DNA of 64,000 nucleotides from Candidatus Sumerlaeia bacterium (GTDB lineage Bacteria; Sumerlaeota; Sumerlaeia; SLMS01; JAHLLQ01): assembly GCA_028284075.1 (NCBI GenBank), contig JANQSL010000053.1:4316-68315 (forward strand), read 5' to 3'. The translations under genes were made by a program, and so were the position numbers. Shown piece by piece: positions 26,418-35,330 of the stretch. The stretch's first letter is position 1; each line of letters starts with the position of its first letter. The notes beneath the pieces are model-generated. The model saw nothing but the letters and a program-made list of their open reading frames with translations, did not search any database and was not told the DNA's origin.

Positions 26418-27323
26418 CTATGGATTACCGTCGATGAAACGCTTTGTCATGTCACCGTAAGCGTCAATGCGCCGGTCTCGGAAGAAGGGCCAGTAGACAC
26501 GCTGATGTTCAATATAGCCCAGATCGACTTCACACAGAAGAGTCTGCTCCTGATCGGCTGGTGCTTTTGCCGCGACGACACCCTGAGGATCGGATACGAA
26601 GGACTGTCCCCAGAATTCAATGTTCTCCTCGGTGCCTGTGCGATTGACTGCGGCGACATAACAGCCGTTGGCGACGGCATGGCCGCGTTGAATCGTTTCC
26701 CAGGAAACGTACTGCGAGTGATTGACAGATTCCTCCTCGCCTTTCAACCAGCCAATGGCGGTGGGGTAAAAGAGAATCTCCGCCCCCTGCAGGGCTGTCA
26801 GACGCGCAGCCTCGGGGTACCATTGATCCCAGCAGACAAGCACGCCAACGTTGGCAAACTTCGTTTTGAAACTCTTGAAGCCGAGATCGCCAGGTGCGAA
26901 GTAGAATTTTTCGTAGAAGTGCGGGTCGTCGGGTATGTGCATCTTGCGGTAAATGCCGAGCATCGTGCCGTCGGCATCGAAAACACAGGCGGTGTTGTGG
27001 AAAACGCCGGCGGCCCGGCGCTCAAAATGCGATGAGACGATAACAACTCCCTTTTCCTTTGCGATGGCGGAAAGACGATCTGTTGTCGGGCCGGGAAGGG
27101 CTTCAGCCGACTCGAAGACGCTGTGGTCCTCCTCCTGACAGGGATAGGGGCCACGAAACAGCTCCTGTGTGCAGATGATTTGAGCTCCATTGTCTGCTGC
27201 CTCACGGATTCGGGTGAGGCACTTGTCGGTGTTTGCCGCAAGGTCGCTGGTCGTGGTCATCTGGATGAGGCCCAGGGTCACTTTGCGGCCGGATGGAGCC
27301 ATTTCACCCTGCTTGACGGTCAT
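26418..27323 (-). CDS. aguB: N-carbamoylputrescine amidase (carbon-nitrogen hydrolase family)
   Basis: Start moved to MTVKQGEMAPSGRKVTLGLIQM with AAGGAA upstream. CN-hydrolase catalytic triad context: E in ICTQELF, K in IYRKMHIP, C in VLVCWDQWYPE. The track ORF extends upstream to 27656 over low-complexity sequence. Confidence 0.85.
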   Translation of the reverse strand: MTVKQGEMAPSGRKVTLGLIQMTTTSDLAANTDKCLTRIREAADNGAQIICTQELFRGPYPCQEEDHSVFESAEALPGPTTDRLSAIAKEKGVVIVSSHFERRAAGVFHNTACVFDADGTMLGIYRKMHIPDDPHFYEKFYFAPGDLGFKSFKTKFANVGVLVCWDQWYPEAARLTALQGAEILFYPTAIGWLKGEEESVNHSQYVSWETIQRGHAVANGCYVAAVNRTGTEENIEFWGQSFVSDPQGVVAAKAPADQEQTLLCEVDLGYIEHQRVYWPFFRDRRIDAYGDMTKRFIDGNP

Positions 27324-27408
27324 GGGTTCTTTTCCTTGTGTGCGGGGGGCTGGACCGCGACCGTTGACGGGCGCGATGCGGGCGCGGATGAAAAACGTGG
27401 AGTCCGGC

Positions 27409-27762
27409 ATGAAGCAACCACAACCCGACCTTGGTTTTATTCCCGCTTTGGAGGAGGCGCTGAGGACGGCGCAGGAAGGGTTTGACTTGTACAATCGCGT
27501 CGCGTTTCCGGCTCGTCCGGCGGAGTTTTTCGCTCTCGAGCTGGCAGGGGAAGCGGGTGAAGTGGCCAACAAGGAGAAGAAGGTCTGGAAGGGAAGAGAG
27601 ATTCCGCTCGAGGACCTGGCGGACGAAGCGGCGGACGTTCTGATCGCCGTCGTCAACTATGCCAATGCCCGAGGGATTGACCTCGCCTCGGCTGTCGGTG
27701 CGAAGTTGACGGAAATCGAGAGACGTCGTCTTGTCGATCTGGATGAAGGGAGACCTGTTTAA
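27409..27762 (+). CDS. MazG-like nucleotide pyrophosphohydrolase (small all-alpha NTP-PPase)
   Basis: About 117 aa. ELAGEAGEVANKEKK and EDLADEAADVLIAVVNYANARGIDL match the MazG/EEXX(E/D) helix pattern. GGAG precedes the ATG at 27409. An alternative start at 27388 is possible. Confidence 0.6.
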   Translation: MKQPQPDLGFIPALEEALRTAQEGFDLYNRVAFPARPAEFFALELAGEAGEVANKEKKVWKGREIPLEDLADEAADVLIAVVNYANARGIDLASAVGAKLTEIERRRLVDLDEGRPV

Positions 27763-28885
27763 GTTGCGATCTTTGTTTCCGGCCTCTTTTTTTGTGTCGC
27801 TTGTATGTGCCGCGATGGCGCAGCCGTTTCTGCCGCCGATGCCGACACATGACGGTATGACCGTTGTTTCGCGTTATCAACCCGCTGATGCCGAAGGCGA
27901 GCGGGTACAAGAGATGCTGAGCGCTGCGGCAGGGTCCGGTTCTTTTGAAGGTGCTGTTCGTGTTGTTCGCGAATCGAGCCTTCCGGTCATTGCAAGGGAG
28001 CGTGCGTTGCTGGCGCTTGTTCTCGTGTCGGGTGCATCGGGAACGAGCGAAGACCTGCCCACGCTTGTGGAGCTTGCAGCGGAAAAGCCACAGGCACACT
28101 TCATGGCGCCACTTTGCAAGCAGGATCATGCCCATGTCTATTTCCCGTATGATGCGGAAGCGGGTCGATCGGCGTTTGCCATTCGTGCACGAACGGCGAT
28201 GGAGCGTGTGGCGAATACTGAGGATGTGGCAGGTGTTTTTGCTGAAATCCTCAATGGAGAGCAGGAGGAGGGCATACTTTATGGCACCTGTCTTCAATGG
28301 TTAATGGATGGCGGAGATGTCCGCCTCTTTTTGCATGGAGACGCGGAAAAAGAGGGTTCTCTTCGGTATACCGAAATTCTGCTGGCCGCCAGAGATGCCG
28401 AGTCTGCCGACGCGCTGCTCGCCCTGGGACAAACGGAAAAAGCTCCTCAGTCCGTGCGACTGAACGCGTTTGTGCTTTGGAACGGGATGGAGAGCAAGCC
28501 GGCGGCACGAGCGAACTTCTTTGACGAGGCATTGTTGAACCAGGAGCCGTGGGTGCGCTCCGTTTCGCTGGGATTTTTGGCAACCGACGATGTGACACCC
28601 GCAGTGATTCAGAGGTTGGTGAATCTGCTGGGCGATGAAGACGCCGGGGCCGACGCGGCTCTCGCGATTCTCAGGCTGGCTCCGGAGGACGCCGTACGAA
28701 TCGCCAATGACGTTCTCTCTTCAAAGAGCGCGAAAAGCACGGAAGTCAGAAGAGCAATTTTGCTGCTGCTGCGAAGTGAGTCTGGCGAGGCCAGGGCGGT
28801 GTTGAGCGAATGGGCCGTGCGCAAGAATGACGGTGATTCGTTTGCGGCGATGCGGGAGGAGGTCGTGCGATGGATCGAAGAGTAG
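27731..28885 (+). CDS. Secreted HEAT/ARM-like repeat protein (hypothetical)
   Basis: Signal peptide (FPASFFVSLVCAAMAQ). All-helical, with repeated Ala/Leu-rich pairs and PBS-lyase-HEAT-like segments (EVRRAILLLLRSESGEARAVL). No catalytic motif recognised. Confidence 0.5.
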   Translation: MSIWMKGDLFKLRSLFPASFFVSLVCAAMAQPFLPPMPTHDGMTVVSRYQPADAEGERVQEMLSAAAGSGSFEGAVRVVRESSLPVIARERALLALVLVSGASGTSEDLPTLVELAAEKPQAHFMAPLCKQDHAHVYFPYDAEAGRSAFAIRARTAMERVANTEDVAGVFAEILNGEQEEGILYGTCLQWLMDGGDVRLFLHGDAEKEGSLRYTEILLAARDAESADALLALGQTEKAPQSVRLNAFVLWNGMESKPAARANFFDEALLNQEPWVRSVSLGFLATDDVTPAVIQRLVNLLGDEDAGADAALAILRLAPEDAVRIANDVLSSKSAKSTEVRRAILLLLRSESGEARAVLSEWAVRKNDGDSFAAMREEVVRWIEE

Positions 28886-30591
28886 CTGCAACGGCCGGAA
28901 CGGTTTTTCTTGTCTGTGCTCTTCACGCAGGCGTGACGACATATCCACCAACGGTTGGAAGCCCGGCCTATCCCGTGCCGCAGCCCGTGATGTCAACGAC
29001 GCCAGTCGAGGGCTTTCGTCTGCGTGCGTCTCTCGACACGCGACTGATGGATCTGGCGCTTGCGAACGATTTCATTACGCGGAGTCAGATCGGATCGACA
29101 CTCTATGATGAACCGATCCACGCCTTTGTTCTGACAGACGCCGACAATACGTCTCCTGACGGGACGCGAGAAGGCGGCGTCATGATCAATGGAACCATTC
29201 ATGCCCGTGAATGGGGGTCGCCGGAGATCGTGACGCAGCTGCTTGAACACTTCGCGATGAACTATGGTACGGATCCGATTGCAACGTATCTTGTGGATAC
29301 TCATCGGATACTTCTCATTCCGGTTCTCAATGTGGATGGTTTCGATCAGACGCAGATTCACTTTAACATGGACGATGGCGGAAGAGATGGCCGCATGCGT
29401 CGTAAAAACATGCGTGGCGAACAGGCGAGCCTCGTGGATTTTGATTTGACAACCGGGGGAGACAATTCACTGGGCGTGGACCTGAACCGTAATTTTCCCG
29501 TTGGATTCGGAGTCGGTTCCAGTGGAAACCCGACCTCTATCACCTATCGTGGAGAAAGCGCCTTCAGTGAGATCGAGTCTCAGGCGTTGCAGAGTGCGAC
29601 ATCGCTGTTTACATCCACCCTTCAGCTTCGTTTCTATGCCGATGTCCACGGTGCCATTCCGGGGCTGTATGTCGTTTATCACGGAACAACCGCAGCTGAT
29701 GATGCGACTGAGGTGTTGGCGAATCGAATGCAGAGCACCTATGAAACGATCAATGGAGTGGACGGCAGCTATGGATTGATTCCGGTGTTTCCCGGAGGTG
29801 AAATCGGCGCGACGGATGAATACCACGGCAACACATTCAACATTCCCAGTTTTACGATCGAGTATCCGACTCCGAACTATCGAGAGGGCGGTAGCGGACC
29901 GACGTTTGTTTTGCCCAACGACGAAGTCGACGAAGTTGTTGAAGAAAACCGGGAAGCGATCATGCTTGGATTCATGTTTGCCTCCGGTCCACCTGTTCTT
30001 GAGCGCTTTCTTGTCTGGCATGATGAGAACGCGGACGAGGATGTGCAATCCGGCGAGATTGTATACGATTCCACCTGGCAGGGGAATGGGTCAGGATCCG
30101 ATTTCCGCTCACTGCAGCTGTCTGCGTCCGACCCGCTTGAAACTGACCGGACATATCAGGTTCTGATGCAGTTCAACAAACCGATGCGACGGGATTCCAA
30201 CGGCAACCCCGGACCCTGGCCCGGAGTTCCGATTACCCTCCAGCCCACAATGCAGGTGAGAGACGGCATCAGCACAGTCGTCGCCACGGCAGTACCGACG
30301 GGTAGCGGGTGGCTGTCGACACAGATGTCGGGAGAAACGCCCGGCTACGCGAGATATGAATACGATTCGTGGCTGGGCAGCTTCGATCTGACCGGAGTGT
30401 CGCCGACGGACGAGGGCCTGTACGTCATCTCCGTCGAGGACCTCTACGGACACACTTTGGACGAGAATCCGCAGACAGTCACGGACTGGGACGACGGCTG
30501 GCAGGGTTACGATATGTCCTTCGGCGGCGACAGAACGCACGGTCTCGAAATCAAGCAGGCAGCGAGCCTGGACGAATGGCTGATTTACTAA
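28870..30591 (+). CDS. Secreted M14 zinc carboxypeptidase with about 200-aa C-terminal extension
   Basis: Signal peptide. M14 motifs HAREWGSPE (HxxE), NVDGF, DLNRNF. The C-terminal domain is unassigned. Confidence 0.75.
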   Translation: MDRRVAATAGTVFLVCALHAGVTTYPPTVGSPAYPVPQPVMSTTPVEGFRLRASLDTRLMDLALANDFITRSQIGSTLYDEPIHAFVLTDADNTSPDGTREGGVMINGTIHAREWGSPEIVTQLLEHFAMNYGTDPIATYLVDTHRILLIPVLNVDGFDQTQIHFNMDDGGRDGRMRRKNMRGEQASLVDFDLTTGGDNSLGVDLNRNFPVGFGVGSSGNPTSITYRGESAFSEIESQALQSATSLFTSTLQLRFYADVHGAIPGLYVVYHGTTAADDATEVLANRMQSTYETINGVDGSYGLIPVFPGGEIGATDEYHGNTFNIPSFTIEYPTPNYREGGSGPTFVLPNDEVDEVVEENREAIMLGFMFASGPPVLERFLVWHDENADEDVQSGEIVYDSTWQGNGSGSDFRSLQLSASDPLETDRTYQVLMQFNKPMRRDSNGNPGPWPGVPITLQPTMQVRDGISTVVATAVPTGSGWLSTQMSGETPGYARYEYDSWLGSFDLTGVSPTDEGLYVISVEDLYGHTLDENPQTVTDWDDGWQGYDMSFGGDRTHGLEIKQAASLDEWLIY

Positions 30592-31124
30592 GTCGCCGCA
30601 AGCTGACGGTGTCCGTGGCGGGGGATGGCGGCATACCGGGTGAGCCGGAAAAAGTCCGACTCGCTGAGGAGCTGGGCCGAGCCCTTGTGGATGCGGGATA
30701 TCGCGTCGTGACAGGCGGCTTGGGAGGGATTATGGAGGCGGCTCATCGGGGAGCAAAGCTCTCTGAGTGTTTCGAGCCAGGGGATACGATCGCCATCGTT
30801 CCTGAATCAGAGCCGATGACGGCCAACCCTTATGCGGACGTTGTTATTCCGACTTCCCTGGGTCACGGCCGGAACTTCCTGATCGCCCAATCCGACGCAC
30901 TTGTCGCCATCGGCGGGGGAGCGGGAACGTTGACTGAGATGGCATTTGCATGGATCAAGGATCGCTTCGTTATCGGCTACCGTGTGGAAGGGTGGAGTGG
31001 CAGGCTGGCCGGAAGTCCCCTTGACCAGCGAAGGCGCCCCGTAGCGTTCGAGGACGACAGGGTTTACGGTGTCTCGTCGGCTGTCGAAGTGATTGAACTG
31101 CTTCGACGATATCTACCTCGGTAA
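30576..31124 (+). CDS. LOG-family / TIGR00725-like Rossmann-fold nucleotide-binding protein (putative nucleotide 5'-monophosphate phosphoribohydrolase)
   Basis: Start moved to MADLLSRRKL. LOG signatures GGLGGIMEAAHRGA and GGGAGTLTEMAFAW (GGGxGTxxE). Overlaps the preceding M14 gene by 16 nt. Confidence 0.7.
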   Translation: MADLLSRRKLTVSVAGDGGIPGEPEKVRLAEELGRALVDAGYRVVTGGLGGIMEAAHRGAKLSECFEPGDTIAIVPESEPMTANPYADVVIPTSLGHGRNFLIAQSDALVAIGGGAGTLTEMAFAWIKDRFVIGYRVEGWSGRLAGSPLDQRRRPVAFEDDRVYGVSSAVEVIELLRRYLPR

Positions 31125-31205
31125 AGTCTTCTTCTCCCTTGCCTCTCCGCGTCGAGCTTGTCGTGATGCTGTGTTCTACAGTTTACCGACAATCGGAGCC
31201 CCCAC

Positions 31206-32486
31206 TTGGAGCGAATCCTTCCCGTCATCGGCATTTTATTAATGATCGGCCTTTGCCTGGCCTTCAGCAAGGACCGCAAAACGGCCTTTCGACGCTGGCC
31301 TCTTCTTGCCTGGGGGTTTGGGCTGCAGCTCATTTTTGCGATTTTTATCCTGAAGTTCCGGGCCGGGCAGGCTTTCTTTCAGGTATTCAATGACGTATTT
31401 GTTGCGGTGGCCAACTGTACGGAGTCGGGTGCGGCGTTCGTTTTCGGCGACAAACTGACGGATCCATCCACGGGTCTTGGCTATTTCGCCTTCTATGTTC
31501 TTCCCACGATCATTTTCTTCAGCAGTCTTGCCGCTATTCTCTATCACATTGGCGTGCTCCAGGCGCTGGTGAAAGGCATTGCCTGGATCATGGCAGTGAC
31601 AATGGGGACAAGCGGAGCGGAAACCCTGAGTGCTTCCGGAAACATCTTTCTCGGGCAGACCGAGGCGCCTCTGATGGTACGCCCGTTTATCAACAACATG
31701 ACGCGCAGTGAGCTGATGACCGTCATGACCGGAGGGTTCGCCACGGTGGCGGGCAGTGTCATGGCTGCTTACGTGGGTTTTTTGAAGGACTTTGTTCCCA
31801 ACGCAGCCGGTCATCTCCTGGCCGCCTCGGTCATGTCGGCTCCCGCAGCACTCGCGTTTGGCAAGTTACTGATTCCGGAAACGGAAAAGCCGGAGACACT
31901 GGGCAAGGTGAACATCGATCTGCCCCGGCGCAGCGACGGCGTTCTCGATGCCGCAACGGACGGCGCGTCCGACGGCGTCAAGCTGGCGCTAAATGTTGGG
32001 GGAATGCTCATCGCGTTTCTGGCGCTGGTGGCTCTGATTGATCTTGCGCTGGGATTTGGACAGCGGGCCGTAGTCATTCATATTCTGCAAGACGACCTGG
32101 AGAACTACAAGGAATTGTCGCTGTCGCTTCTGGCAGGGTATGTCTTTTACCCGTTTGCTCTTCTCATGGGAATTCCGCCAGGAGCGGAGGGCATGGGTGC
32201 GGCGGAACTGCTCGGTCTGAAGACTGCCACGAACGAGTTTGTCGCATTCATCCAGCTCAATCAGAGTGCCACGGAGTTCTCGGAGCGTACACGGGTCATT
32301 CTGACTTATGCTTTGTGCGGGTTCGCCAATTTCGGTTCCATCGGGATCCAGATCGGTGCTTTGGCAGTGATGGCGCCTAACAAACGGCAGGAGTTGGCAC
32401 GACTTGGTTTACCGGCAATGATTGCAGGTACTTTTGCATGCTATTCGACAGCCTGTGTGGCAGCTCTGTTCTATACCGCTCCGTAA
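31206..32486 (+). CDS. NupC/CNT-family concentrative nucleoside transporter
   Basis: 426 aa, polytopic. Characteristic GNIFLGQTEAPLMVRPFI and GFANFGSIGIQIGAL blocks. Confidence 0.85.
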   Translation: MERILPVIGILLMIGLCLAFSKDRKTAFRRWPLLAWGFGLQLIFAIFILKFRAGQAFFQVFNDVFVAVANCTESGAAFVFGDKLTDPSTGLGYFAFYVLPTIIFFSSLAAILYHIGVLQALVKGIAWIMAVTMGTSGAETLSASGNIFLGQTEAPLMVRPFINNMTRSELMTVMTGGFATVAGSVMAAYVGFLKDFVPNAAGHLLAASVMSAPAALAFGKLLIPETEKPETLGKVNIDLPRRSDGVLDAATDGASDGVKLALNVGGMLIAFLALVALIDLALGFGQRAVVIHILQDDLENYKELSLSLLAGYVFYPFALLMGIPPGAEGMGAAELLGLKTATNEFVAFIQLNQSATEFSERTRVILTYALCGFANFGSIGIQIGALAVMAPNKRQELARLGLPAMIAGTFACYSTACVAALFYTAP

Positions 32487-32499
32487 CATTGCTTTGATT

Positions 32500-32528
32500 G
32501 ACACATGGGTGGACGGCTGTATGAGTTT
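32500..32528 (+). promoter_or_regulatory. Candidate sigma70-type promoter for the molybdoenzyme operon
   Basis: TTGACA - 16 nt - TATGAG, about 80 nt upstream of the 32608 start. Sequence-only guess. Confidence 0.25.
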
Positions 32529-32607
32529 CGACAGTCAGGGATAGTCCTTTGCCGGTGCAGTCCTTGCATCGGGCGGAATGCTGAATACTGAAGAGATCGG
32601 AGGATTC

Positions 32608-33258
32608 ATGAAGCCAAAGAACGAGTCCGGACATCCGGGCGGTTCAGGGACGTCTCGCCGTTCGTTCCTGAAGGGCATGGGAATTGTCGCTGGCGCGGCA
32701 GCAGTGTTGCCGGGTGTGGGTGAGTCTCGTGCCAGGGCACAGTCGGAAGAAGAATCCTCCCCCGATGTGGACTTTACAGGTTCCGGCGAGCGCCAAATCA
32801 CACTGAAAATCAATGGTGCACCAATGTCCGTGACCGTGGAGCCGCGCACAACATTGCTGGATGCACTACGCGAGAAGCTGCACATCACCGGCGCGAAGGA
32901 AGTGTGTGATCGTGGCTCCTGTGGATGTTGCAGCGTGCTTTTGGACGGCAAGGCGATTACCTCCTGCATGATGCTCGCCGTCGATGCCGTGGACCGTGAA
33001 ATCATGACCGTGGAAGGAATTGCGGAAGATCCGCGATATGAGAATCTGGTGGAGGCGTTTTGTGAATATGACGGGGCGCAGTGCGGCTATTGTATTCCCG
33101 GGTTTGTCGTCAGAAGTGCTGAACTTCTCGCAGAGATTCCGAACCCTTCACGGGATGAGATCCGTGAAGGACTGGCAGGAAACATCTGTCGTTGTGGGAC
33201 ATATACCAAGATTTTCGAGAGTGTCTCCGGAGCGGTGACGAAGGGTGGACTCAAATGA
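32608..33258 (+). CDS. Xanthine-dehydrogenase-family molybdoenzyme, [2Fe-2S] small subunit, with twin-arginine (Tat) signal
   Basis: GGAGG RBS. Tat motif SRRSFLKG. Two 2Fe-2S clusters (CDRGSCGCCSV and CGYCIPG...CRCGTY). Confidence 0.85.
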   Translation: MKPKNESGHPGGSGTSRRSFLKGMGIVAGAAAVLPGVGESRARAQSEEESSPDVDFTGSGERQITLKINGAPMSVTVEPRTTLLDALREKLHITGAKEVCDRGSCGCCSVLLDGKAITSCMMLAVDAVDREIMTVEGIAEDPRYENLVEAFCEYDGAQCGYCIPGFVVRSAELLAEIPNPSRDEIREGLAGNICRCGTYTKIFESVSGAVTKGGLK

Positions 33259-35330
33259 AAGTCGATAACAACGTCGCCCTCGAAAACAAGCTGTCCCGAG
33301 TCGATGCACTGCTAAAGGTCAGTGGTGCTGCGAAGTATACTGCGGATCAGTATCCGGCAGGAATGATTCACGGCAAGCTCGTACGCTTTCCTTACGGTGC
33401 CGGAAAGATCAAGTCAGCCGATGTCGAAGCCGCCCGCAAGGTTGCCGGAGTTCTTGAGGTTGAAATCGACCTCGCGGAGGAGGCCAGGTATCCTGGCTGG
33501 CCGGTCGGGCATATCGTGGCGGAAAGCCGCACCGCCGTTGAGGATGCAGAGGAGGCACTTGGCCTTTCTTTTGAAATGACGCCGCCGTCCTCGGTTCCTG
33601 ACCGCATTTACGAAGGTGCCGGAGGTCTCGATGCAGAGGCGGAACAGCGTGTTGATGGTGCCCTCCGGAACGCTGCGGCGGTTGTTGAGGGCACCTGGCG
33701 GACGCAGGTGCAAACCCATTCATGTCTCGAGCCCCACGGCAGTGTGGTGGACTGTCGCGGCGACTCCGCCGAGGTGTGGGGAAGCACTCAATCGACATTT
33801 GGTCATCTCGATATGGCGGAACCCACGGGCCTCGACCGATCGAAGATTCTGGTTCACAACGAGTTTGTCGGCGGCGGATTCGGGAGCAAGTTTGGCATCG
33901 GGACCGAAGGTGATTTGGCGGGCCGTATGTCGAAGAAATACGGACGCCCCTGCAAGGTGATGCTGAATCGGAGGGAAGAGCATCTGGACGCGGGCAACCG
34001 GCCGGGTTCCATTCAGTATATCAAGCTCGGCGCTGACGAGACAGGCAAGATTCTCGGAGGTCGCGTCGATGGTGTCAGCATCGTGGGGTTTGGACGCGGT
34101 GGCGGTGGGGTGACGAACCTTGGCGACGAGCGATTCAATAATTATGACCTTGGCGACTACGAATTCACTCAGTCCGAGATTAACCTTAACTTTTCCAAAC
34201 CCCGTGCGTTCCGCGCTCCAGGCTGGCCGCAGGCAACGTTTGCACTGGAAGGCGCGGTTGATGAGCTGGCGGAGAAGCTTGGTATGGATCCTGTTGAGAT
34301 TCGCCTGCGTAATTATCGCAGCAAGCGGCGTTTGAAGCAGCTCGAGTGGGGGGCGGAAGTTGCCGGCTGGAGCCGTCGCAGGACGACCGGGTCGCAAACA
34401 GGTCGTGTTCGAACAGGCATGGGCGTCGCTGGTGCAATGTGGCCTCTGTGGAACACCCAGTGCGGTGCGGAGGCGGAAATACACCGCAATGGTCAGGTCG
34501 AAGTACGTGTGGGCGTTCAGGATATCGGCACCGGTACATTTACAGTCGTGACGGATGTGGCCGTACACGAGTTGGGACTTGATCGCTCTCTGGTAACCGG
34601 CAAGGTTGGCAACAGCAGCTATCCGCAAGGACCGGGAAGCGGAGGATCGCAGGTGAGCCGATCGGCCGCACCTGCAACCCGAAAGGCGGTTCTTGCAGCG
34701 CTTGACGAACTGAAGTCCATCGTTGCCCGGGAATGGAAGGTTTCCAGGGAGGACATCCAATACAAGAACGGAGTTTTTGAAAACGGCGACAAAGTCCTGG
34801 ACTGGAAGAAGGCATGTTCACTCATGTCAGGCGACAAGCTCACGGTTTCCGGCCGCACGGAAACCGGTCGCGAAGGTGATGGTACAAGCGACTGTGTCCA
34901 GTTTGCCGAAGTGGAGGTCGATACGGAGACCGGTATCGTCAGGGTGAAGAGAATTGTCGCCGTTCATGCCGCAGGTGTGATTGTCAATCGGTTGACCATT
35001 GAAAACCAGATCTGCGGTGGTGTGATTCAAGGGGTAAGCTACGCACTTTTCGAGGACGTTCGCCTCGATCCCAACACGGGAGCGATGGTAAACCCTGAGT
35101 TCATTAATTACAAGATTGCCGGTTCAAAAGACGTTCCTGAAATCATTCCTGTTCTTGATGTTGAGGACAGTGATACGGGCGTTCGTCCTATCGGTGAACC
35201 CGCCACAATTCCAACAGCGGCGGCCATCGGCAATGCGATCGCAAACGCCATCGGGGCGCGGGTTTATCAACTTCCCATGACTCCGGAGCGTGTTCTTGGC
35301 GCTCTTGAAAGGAAGGAGGCGGGCGCATGA
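33255..35330 (+). CDS. Xanthine-dehydrogenase-family molybdoenzyme, molybdopterin-binding large subunit
   Basis: Start at MKVDNN overlapping the small-subunit stop (ATGA). Aldehyde-oxidase/XDH a/b hammerhead and Moco-binding blocks (GGGFGSKF, EPATIPTAAAIGNAIANAIG). Confidence 0.85.
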   Translation: MKVDNNVALENKLSRVDALLKVSGAAKYTADQYPAGMIHGKLVRFPYGAGKIKSADVEAARKVAGVLEVEIDLAEEARYPGWPVGHIVAESRTAVEDAEEALGLSFEMTPPSSVPDRIYEGAGGLDAEAEQRVDGALRNAAAVVEGTWRTQVQTHSCLEPHGSVVDCRGDSAEVWGSTQSTFGHLDMAEPTGLDRSKILVHNEFVGGGFGSKFGIGTEGDLAGRMSKKYGRPCKVMLNRREEHLDAGNRPGSIQYIKLGADETGKILGGRVDGVSIVGFGRGGGGVTNLGDERFNNYDLGDYEFTQSEINLNFSKPRAFRAPGWPQATFALEGAVDELAEKLGMDPVEIRLRNYRSKRRLKQLEWGAEVAGWSRRRTTGSQTGRVRTGMGVAGAMWPLWNTQCGAEAEIHRNGQVEVRVGVQDIGTGTFTVVTDVAVHELGLDRSLVTGKVGNSSYPQGPGSGGSQVSRSAAPATRKAVLAALDELKSIVAREWKVSREDIQYKNGVFENGDKVLDWKKACSLMSGDKLTVSGRTETGREGDGTSDCVQFAEVEVDTETGIVRVKRIVAVHAAGVIVNRLTIENQICGGVIQGVSYALFEDVRLDPNTGAMVNPEFINYKIAGSKDVPEIIPVLDVEDSDTGVRPIGEPATIPTAAAIGNAIANAIGARVYQLPMTPERVLGALERKEAGA

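Noticed and set aside
33720-34760. 346-aa minus-strand ORF
   Set aside because: It is antisense to the molybdopterin-binding large subunit, which has strong family motifs on the plus strand.
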